A stretch of 64,000 bases of DNA from assembly GCA_951406725.2 (NCBI GenBank), contig OX597817.1, forward strand, positions 36,766,001 through 36,830,000, in the 5' to 3' direction. The DNA is from Octopus vulgaris (lineage: Eukaryota). Both the position numbers and the translations under genes were made by a program. A model generated the notes under the pieces. The model saw only the letters and a program-made list of their open reading frames with translations, searched no databases and was not told the DNA's origin. Shown piece by piece: positions 55,176 through 64,000 of this stretch (its first letter is position 1; each line of letters starts with the position of its first letter).

Positions 55176-56040
55176 GCGTATGGCTCGTCATAGGTGACGA
55201 AAGAGGTAAGTCGGATGCGGTTGGTTCACAAAAACCACTGAGTGAACTTCTTGCATGGACCGCGATGCTAGATGAAAATGACCTCTGTAATTAAATCTGA
55301 CTCTTTTTCCTGATCTATGGAGCCGTTCTGCTATCCATTTCTGGTATCGCTTTTTCAGCATCGGAAAAAGTACCACAGTTATTCTGATGCCATGAGCAGG
55401 ATTCATTCATTTGGATTAGTTGGCCGGTCCATCGACGCTTAACTTTCACCTATGATTGTAAACACGAGTTAGGTGAATACTTTCAACTTGGTCATCTCTT
55501 GCCTTTGAATTCTTATCACAAATATTTTAGCGAGTGCATACGAAATACCCAAACTTGACTATTCTTTCTGTAGCGAGCCTGTTGCATATGCATAGAATTT
55601 TGAGGATTTTCTGATTACTTTGAAGGATTGTTGCTTTGTTGCCAGTATGATACCACTATGATTCGGCGATCTTCTACTGTGTCGTCCATCTGCTGGCCTT
55701 ACCATTCAACGTATTGTGAAACTTACGTTATCTTAAGAACCATCATATTTTACTATGTATCTTTATGTGCAATTGAAAATTTACTATTTGTATAAGAGTT
55801 TGTAAGTTTTGAGTAATACTGTAAACCTTGTAGAATACACATCTTGATACGACACATTGCAAGGCAATTAACAGCATTTTTCTTCTGATCTTTACATGAC
55901 AAACAACACGTCATACCGTACGTTGGCCAAGACGACGCTATCATTTTCAAGAAGATATCTTCCAAGTACAATCACTAGGAAGTTTTTATCTTGGCTTATA
56001 TTTAATGTTCGGTCGAAATTTTGAAATTTATAAGTAAAGG

Positions 56041-56252
56041 CTAGCTATTTTGACCCGTGCTTCGCTCGGGTTTGGGTGGTGGTCTTGTTTTGTGCTTGTT
56101 GTCTCCTTTTCCCTTTCTTCGTCTTCTTTGCTTTTCCCATATTCCTCACTATGGCAACCAAACGGTAGCCCCGAGCGACTTGCAGCCTTCCTTACACCAT
56201 TTTAACCAAGAAATTAAACAACGTTTTCGCATTTTAGCTTTATAGATATTGA
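56041..56252 (-). mobile_element. Mini non-autonomous Helitron
   Basis: Minus strand: a|TCaatatctataaagctaaaa ... cccgagcgaagcacggg hairpin, then tcaaaatagCTAG. Confidence 0.6.
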
Positions 56253-56950
56253 TACAGCGGAAGTAGGAGGTCGAAAAGTATTAGGAGTAAGATTATAATT
56301 TTGTTTTATCCGTTGGAGATGTCGAAAAGTGCAGATGATTTTCTGTTAATTTTCTGTGGTCGGGTCATTCGCCAACAAAGAAAAAGTAGAGTTTCTCGGG
56401 CCGTAGTGTTTGTCAAGAATGACCTTCAGTGCAATCTTGACTGACAGTGTTAAAGTATAGTGTCAGATAAAGAAAGACATTGTATAGGTATAACTTTTAT
56501 TCTTATGAATTACCTCTGGCACTGTCTCTATGAGGCTTTACATCTGAACATGATGCAGTCGCATGTAAAGCCAAAATGTCTTTAGTAGATTCTCTTTAAT
56601 GATACTTTGATCAAATAGTTGAAATTAACTGTAGCCAGAGACAAAATGTATCCACAGTTATCACAATCAGCAATCATGCTTGTTTTGCTGAACAAGGAAA
56701 CAATATTTGAATACTTATACGTTGTTGTCTATTTCGACAAATGTTCATAATGGAGTAAATGTGATCAAGTTTCTGAATTATGTTTAGTGTTGAGTCACAC
56801 TACTTTTGTTTCGTTGAGTATACAATTTCATTGAAGACATAAATAGGGAACAAATGTCGGAACACTATGACCCCTGTCAATATATTTAATGTTACCAGCA
56901 CAGATACAATCAAGTTCAGACACACACACACACACGCACATACACACACA

Positions 56951-57760
56951 CTTTTTACTCTTTTACTAGTTTCCGTTCGAGAGCTGCGACCATGCTGGGA
57001 CACCGCTGTTAGCTTTGCTACACTTGCATTGCTTCAAAACCTCCTCTGCTAATTACTTGCTGAATGAGGGAGTTTGATACTGCTGCCCTTATTGCTGTTT
57101 TTTGCCGAGAGGTAGGTTCATCAGGATTTCTTGACAGGAGAACCAGTGTTTTCTATTGAAGTCACTTACATCCACCCCGTGTAGGTCTCTAAAGCCTTTT
57201 TAGAGGATATGGAAGGGTTGTGGGCTCCCGAAACCCAAGCCCTTGCAATGTCTGGTCCTTTATCTTGGATGGCGACGTTAGAAACTTTGGCAATATGCAG
57301 TGGCACCCCGTTCTGGTAATTCTGTAACTTTCAATGACAAAGTGTGGTACAAGTCCTTCCAGGATTTTTCTGATGTATATCCCTGCATACCTTTCCCACC
57401 TTCATTCTCGGGAATAGAGTCTTAACTTTTCCAGCTTTTCTCAGTAGCTGATCTGCCGTTTTGTGTAGCCGTTTTGTGTAGCTTTGCTGGATTGCTTCGA
57501 GTTCTGCCGTTAACTTTTACACAGTGTGGTGATAATAACTGGAAGCAGTAGTTTAAGTCCTTAGAGGGCCATCATAGTTTTTGTTCTCCTGTTCTGAAAT
57601 TTCGAAGGATCAATCCGGTCAGCTGCTTACATTTTATTGACAACTTAGTAATATGCAACCGAAAAGATGCATTATAACTCGTGTCTATGCCCAGGTCGCA
57701 CACTGATTTTGAGCCATAGATTGCAGCACTTTCTGGACAAGAGTATCTTATCAACATTTC
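56951..57760 (-). mobile_element. CR1/L2-type LINE 3' end, decayed
   Basis: VCDLGID..ASFRLHITKL..KCKQLTGLILRNFRT followed by eroded ELEAIQ, RYAGIYI.KILEGLVP, LGFREP, RDLHGVDV and PDEPTSRQ segments, then a short tail ending (gtaaaaga)n. Confidence 0.8.
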
Positions 57761-58587
57761 ATTCAGGTAAAAGATTAAAATTTAGGTACGCTTTCCAATG
57801 TGCAAACAAGAGTCCATTCCACTCTCTACTGGAACATTTTTAATGGCTATTTTAAGTATATGCGTACACACAGACTGACAAACACACAGTCGGAGTGGAC
57901 AAACCAACAGGCAAAAAGACATATATACGTATATACTTATTTATTCTATTGATTTCTGATTTCGTATATAATACAGATATATCACGAGAATACACACACA
58001 CACAAATACATATATATTTATATATTTTTATATGACAGAGAGAGAAAGAGCATACACATACTTTACAATATATCTAACTGGACACGTGCATTAATTTCTA
58101 ATTCTTGCTTTAACTGGAAGCCATTAAGAAATTATGACTAGTTTACATTGCTGTCTGTCAGACTTTACAAAATACCATAACATCTCGTTAATTATGTTAT
58201 TTCAGAGAGTTTGAACATTTGTGCTGACATCATTTTTCTTACATATTTGATATTTCAAGTGATATCAAACAACACTCTCCCAGTGTTCAAGTATTGCCAC
58301 TGTCGCTATAAGCAGCTTCTTGAAATATGTCGATCGTCAATATAGGGCTCTTGTACGTGAGCACTATGGAGTCTTTGAGATGGTTTCGAACTTATGAAAA
58401 TCGATATGATATTCCTGATCTAGACATGTTACCTATTTAACTTCTCTTTGTTATCGAAGACTGAAACATCTTTGGCAAGTGTCTTCTACTATAGCCTCGG
58501 GCCGACCAAAGCCTTGTGAGTGGATTTGGTAGACGGAAACCGAAAGAAACCCATCGTATATATGTATGTATATATATATATATATAT

Positions 58588-58813
58588 TATTAGTGAATTG
58601 AAGAAATGGAGTTGAACGAAGATTGAACAGAAATCCTTTTATTTCATTCTACACGTGTTTCGAAAGCCACAATTTACCAAATTCCGATTGAATATGGAGA
58701 CCATATTGTGTCTTTCTCTTCAGGAAGAAATAGGAATTCCGTTGGCAAAACAAAAACAGAACAGAGGCGCAGATTAATCTGCAACACGATTATTCATCTT
58801 TCTATTTCACCAA
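58588..58813 (-). mobile_element. ~225-bp hammerhead-bearing insertion in (TA)n
   Basis: Absent from the other SINE A copies; contains a canonical hammerhead on the minus strand. Confidence 0.75.
58647..58726 (-). ncRNA. Hammerhead ribozyme, canonical core
   Basis: UUC-CUGAAGA-GAAAG(A)CACAAU...AUUGUG(G)CUUUC-GAAA-CACGUG-UA^GAA; all core nucleotides present; palindromic stem III ACACGUGU; predicted cut between 58650 and 58649. Confidence 0.75.
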
Positions 58814-59210
58814 ATATATATATATATGCATGTGTATATATGTTTGTGTGTCTGTGTTTTTCCTCCGACATCGCTTGTCAACCGATGCTGGTGTGTTTAC
58901 GTCCCCGTAACTTAGCAGTTCGGCAAAAGAGAGCGATAGAATAAGTACTAGGCTTACAAAGAATAAGTCCTGGAGTCGATTTTCTCGACTAAAGACGGTG
59001 CTCCAGTATGGCCGCAGTCAAATGACTGAAACTAGGACAATTTTAACTTTATATTTCTGATGTTAAAATAAAGCACCGGTGAAACAGTGTTGATTTAACC
59101 TTCCATATTTTGCTCAAAATGAGAGTAATGAATATCGGCGTCGCTGTGTGGCACTTTGGCAGGTGTTGCCTTGTGAATGGATTGGGTAGACAGAACAGGA
59201 AAGAAGCTTG

Positions 59211-59258
<48 letters not shown>

Positions 59259-59363
59259 ATGTGTGTGTGTGTGTGTGTATAATGAGTGTGCCTGTTTGTT
59301 ATCGAAGACTGAAACATCAATTACGAAGAAATTAAATAAAAATTGTATGAAAAATTTAAGAAA

Positions 59364-59741
59364 GCGCAGGAGTAGCTGTGTGGTAAGTAGCTTGCTTACC
59401 AACCACATGGTTCCGGGTTCCTTCCCAATGCGCAGCACCTTGGGCAAGTGTCTTATACTATAGCCTCAGGCTGACCAAAGCCACACAGCCGCGCCGATAT
59501 TCATTTCTCTCATTTGGGGCAAAATGTGTTTATGTCAGTGTTTATCCCCCACTGTCACTTGACAACTGGTATCGGTGTGTTTATGTCCCGGTAACTTAGC
59601 CGCTCCGCAAAAGAGACCGATAGAATAAGTATCAGGCTTTAAAAGTAAGTTCTGGTATCAATTCTTTCTATTGAAAATTCTTAAAAGCGGTGCCCCAGCA
59701 TGGCCACAGTCTAATGACTGAAACAAGTAAAGGCTAAAAGA
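59364..59741 (+). mobile_element. SINE family A, rearranged
   Basis: Head and tail present; middle replaced by an inverted copy of 59107-59152. Confidence 0.8.
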
Positions 59742-60545
59742 TGATGTACAGGTAAATGTAGCAGAATATTACATGATTCTCACTATATTTCTCATGATAT
59801 TTCTAACAAGGTCTTTAATTTTATATTTCATCTGGTTCATGTGATCTCATAAATTTTAAGTTCAATTACGAAATGCCAAATAATTAACCCTTACTGACAT
59901 GTGACAGATAAATTAATAATCTTTCTTCGCCACTGAAGAAAGAGAATCAATATAGCGCGGAACAAAATCCCTTCTGGGTTTAAAATTATACCTCTTAACG
60001 TTCTGAGTTCAAATCCCACTGAGGTAAGTTTTTTTTTTTTTATTAATCAAATCTTGAGGTTAATCTCATTGACAGTTTCTACCTCCAAAATATTGTCTTG
60101 TGTCTTCATTATTAGCCTTATTTCGTCATTTGGACTGACGGTTTTCAAAATGAGAAGAGCGCCGACAAAATGTGAAGTTTTCAGTTATGTTATTTTTTGT
60201 ACTGATCTCAAATCTTGTCGAGGTCAGCTTGGTCTAATCACACTGGAATCGATAAAATACACGCCAAATATTATACATGATTGGAGTGACAAAATCCTTA
60301 TTTCAAAATGTGTTGCTTAGTGACTGTGTTAAAATCATTATTTTATTTTCAAAACGAAACTAAAAACAGAGATACAAAATCATTTATGAAATACGAAATT
60401 TTAAAAGATTTTAGAATGAGAATAAGTGATAAGTAATATCACTGTGCGCGCGAGAAGAAGTGGCTACTCTGATTAAGCATTCCTCCTACAGTTGATAGCT
60501 ATCAAGCCTTAATCATTCCATTTTTGTCTAATCTATCTATCTATC

Positions 60546-60595
<50 letters not shown>

Positions 60596-60679
60596 GATAA
60601 ATAAAATATATGCATACATATATGTACGTACCTACATCTACATGTATATATAAATGCATATATAAATATATATATATAT

Positions 60680-61026
60680 AATTTGATAAATAAAATATAT
60701 GCATACATATATACGTACCTACATCTACATGTATATATAAATGCATATATAAATATATATACGTGAGTACAGGACACCACAAATAGACGTAGTACTTAAC
60801 GAGAAACGAAAACGTAAAAACAAACATGGAAACGGACCTTTTTTTAACAACGAAAAAGATCCGTTTCCATGTTTGTTTTTACGTTTTCGTTTCTCGTTAA
60901 GTACTACGTCTATTTGTGGTGTCCTGTACTCACGTATATATATTTATATATGCATGTATATATACATGTAGATGTAGGTACGTACATATATGTAGGTATG
61001 TATGCATATATTTTATTTATTAAATT
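60680..61026. repeat. Long near-perfect inverted repeat (foldback)
   Basis: 60741-60836 is the reverse complement of 60860-60955; arms extend imperfectly to about 60680 and 61026. Confidence 0.92.
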
Positions 61027-61167
61027 ATTACATGACTGAGCGTCCTCGCGTCGTTTCGTTTCCTTTCTGTTCTCCAAGTAGGATTTATATATTATATAGA
61101 AATGGTAAGACAACAAAAGAATGAAAGAGAGCTCGATATTATGTAAATAGAGGAATTTATCTGTAAA

Positions 61168-61313
61168 TATATGTGATAATTATTCGGTTGCCATGATAAA
61201 ACTCAGAGTTTCATAGCATTTTTTTCGATGGCCCGATAACTGAAGAGATGACGCCGTGGGTTTCCTCCCAGACATCCAAAACTGAGTTTTAGCATAGCTA
61301 CCGAATAATTGTC

Positions 61314-61320
<7 letters not shown>
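61168..61320 (+). mobile_element. Inverted-terminus element with hammerhead motif
   Basis: Arms 61168-61207 and 61282-61320; GAUAA-CUGAAGA(61240)-GAUG...CAUC-CAAAAC-UGAGUU; the left arm preserves GAAACUCUGAGUUUUAUC on the minus strand. Confidence 0.6.
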
Positions 61321-61354
<34 letters not shown>

Positions 61355-61866
61355 TAATCGTAGAATCACTATTGTACAGTGAATTGGGATTTGAGGTAGA
61401 TTTGGTAGCTATTCGTAGCTATTCGAGCGACCACATATGAGGATAACTGGAAATGAAGTTATAAGAGAGGAAAATACGTTTAGATTTTGAAATAAATCGT
61501 GGAAATAAATCTTTGAACACTTTACTGAATATAATTCTATATATATAGATGTAGTAGATCTTATAACAGACATCTAAACTTGTAGACACTAAATATTCAA
61601 CATTTGAGGAATTATTTGTACGCTCTTGCATGATCGATGTATCTTTGTGCGAGGATGTTGCTGTAGTCTACAAACTGCTTGTGAAAATGTGCGGGTTAAC
61701 TCCATCCCTGCATTAAAAAAGCTGCTGATTGAAGAGGAGGGGAACATCCCTAAGATAGGTATTAAGTACTTACCTCTGTGCAAATTTTAACGCTTTCGTG
61801 ACTTTCTGTCGTCCACTAAACCTCTTTTTTGTCATTATGCGTTCATCATCAGTTAGATAATGGGGT

Positions 61867-62002
61867 AAATTCCGCCGAGGTCGACTTCGCCTTTCATCCT
61901 TTCGGGGTCGATAAATTAAGTACTAGTTGCGTATGGGGTTGATCTAATTAGCTGGCCCATCCCCCAAAATTTGAGGCCTTGTGCTTATAGTAGAAAGGAT
62001 TA
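61867..62002 (+). mobile_element. SINE family B-related, partial
   Basis: aaattccgccgaggtcgacttcgcctttcatcctttcggggtcgataaa core with a different tail. Confidence 0.8.
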
Positions 62003-63466
62003 TTAGACGCATCTAATTTCCGAATACTTGAAAAAGAATTTCAGGTTTCTGAAGCTATCTTTCGTTACTTGTTTACATATCATAATACAGTTTTTAAACA
62101 CACTCACTCCTGTGGCTCTATATCCATATAGAAGACCACATCATTGCAGTACTACTCAGTAGTATTAACTACCGTAGAATGTTGCAATGATCGCCCTTGC
62201 TTCTTTAAATTTCCTATACCTTAAGATGACCTAGTATCTGAAATCATTAAAAGTATGTATGAATAAAACGAATGCAATATAAAATAGTTTTAACTTCAAG
62301 ATCTTTCTTTTAGTTACTGTTTTCCCTCAGTACTGGCTTGATTCGACAGATGGGTGATCAAACGATAATCCACAACCATCCCTTCCATTTTTTAAGATAT
62401 AATATATCCTGGATTGTATTACCATGGATATACACACACGCGTCTGCTTTCATTTATAATGCAACAGAGTGTTACCTGATGGAGGTTTTATTGTTATAAA
62501 TCCTCATCATCTGGATGATCAGACTTAATCGAGTTCTTCCTGATACAATTTGGCTTAAAACATTTTTTAAGTTACCCATTTTATATAGTATTATGGCCAT
62601 TGTTTTGCTCCAGATTGGTTCTAATCAAACAAACTTATTCTTAAAGATATTCCGGTTGTGAATATCCTGTCATTTTACATACTCCGGACTACATTGTCTT
62701 TTCTTGGACAACATTATATTTTCCTCTTTTAAACTGCAGGGCGTGATTTGAGAGAACTAGGCTCTTATTTCTAGCAAATCAAGTGATGGCACAGAAGATC
62801 CCTTGTTGACTTTTCTCGTTGATGTGGATGCTTCTTCCCATGAAGTAGTTAATTTACCAATTTATATGATGAGGATAAATTCCTTCAGTGAAGACTTAAT
62901 CTGGTAAATGTTATAATTTTATCTTCAATCTGACAGTAAGCACTTTAGAGAATAGAAACTTGAAAGAAATGTATTCTGGAATGCAGCTTTGAATATCTTT
63001 AATACCTTCCACGAGCCATTAGTGCAGATTTACAAAGGTTAACAATATAAATATACATTTCGTAGTGACATTTGTGTCGCTGTAATGAATCGGGTACATC
63101 ATTAACACTTCTAATGTGGCAAACGAATTATGGAGATAAGATGGACCTTTTAAACATAGTTACGCATGCTAGCAACAAATAGATATACGTTAAAACCGAA
63201 AGATATATGGTGCGAATCCACCATATTTCAGCAATATACCATTTTGTCTTTGTGGTGGATACTCTGCGTTACACTATCTATCATACTTAGCACGTGATCG
63301 GACACGAAATCCAGATCTAAATCTATTTGCAAGGAGGAACTAGACAATTGACCTGGGGCTGCACATCAATAACTCATCTGCTAACTATTCCAAACATAAA
63401 TTACAGTAGACGGACTGTACTCATAGAAAATTTACACGGCAGAAATACAGTATAGTAGCATTATAT

Positions 63467-63886
63467 AGTCGAGCTGGCAGAAACGTTTGCATGCCGGGCG
63501 AAATGCTTAGCAGTATTTCGTCTGCCGCTACGTTCTGTGTTCAAATTCTGCCAAGGTCGACTTTGTCTTTCATCCTTTCAGAATCGATTAAATAAGTACC
63601 AGTTACGCACTAGGGTCGATGTAATCGACTTTATCCGTTTGTTTGTCCTTGTTTGTCCCCTCTGTGTTTAGCCCCTTGTGGGTAGTAAAGAAATAGGTAT
63701 TTAGTCTGCCGTCACGTTCTGAGTTCAAATTCCGCCGAGGTCGACTTTGCATTTCATCCTTTCGGGTTCGATAAATTAAGTACCAGTTACGCACTGGGGT
63801 CGATGTAATCGACTTTATCCCTTCGTCTGTCCTTGCTTGTCCCCTCTATGTTTAGCCCCTTGTGGGCAGTAAAGAAATAAGAAATA
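63467..63886 (+). mobile_element. SINE family B, partial dimer, with TSD
   Basis: agaaatacagt(a/g)tagt(a/g)gcattat on both sides (about 63441 and 63881). Confidence 0.92.
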
Positions 63887-64000
63887 CAGTGTAGTGGCAT
63901 TATGTCACAAAAACAGGTGCTTCTCAACCAGAATCTACCATACATGCCTGAGAGAGAAGGACGATAACGTAACTGTACATTAAGAAATCTTTCCTTGTAG

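Larger units (their letters stand above)
58471..59032 (+). mobile_element. SINE family A, 5'-truncated, interrupted by an insertion in its internal (TA)n
   Basis: SINE sequence stops at about 58587 and resumes at about 58814. Confidence 0.88.

Overview
AT-rich, repeat-saturated eukaryotic non-coding DNA (intergenic or deep intronic). The SINE families and microsatellite load look like an octopod cephalopod (Octopus-like); this is inferred from recalled repeat families, not a database search. I found no credible host protein-coding gene: nearly all ORFs in the track are translations of microsatellites, SINEs or decayed transposons. Contents: about 15 copies of a ~400-bp tRNA-headed SINE (family A), about 8 good copies of a ~250-bp SINE (family B, several partly dimeric), two other SINE families with clean target-site duplications (TSDs), an internally deleted Helitron with both termini, a mini-Helitron, a deleted mariner, a piggyBac-type MITE, R4/Dong-like LINE pieces stacked in a (TAA)n tract, and CR1/L2-, HERO- and RTE-like LINE remnants. 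The most interesting signal is a set of short (160-500 bp) elements from several families, mostly in or beside (TA)n tracts. They carry minimal hammerhead-ribozyme motifs (CUGANGA-stem II-GAAA-palindromic stem III-NUH) in tandem or inverted arrangements, i.e. candidate non-autonomous Penelope-like/retrozyme elements. All alignments and folds were done by eye.
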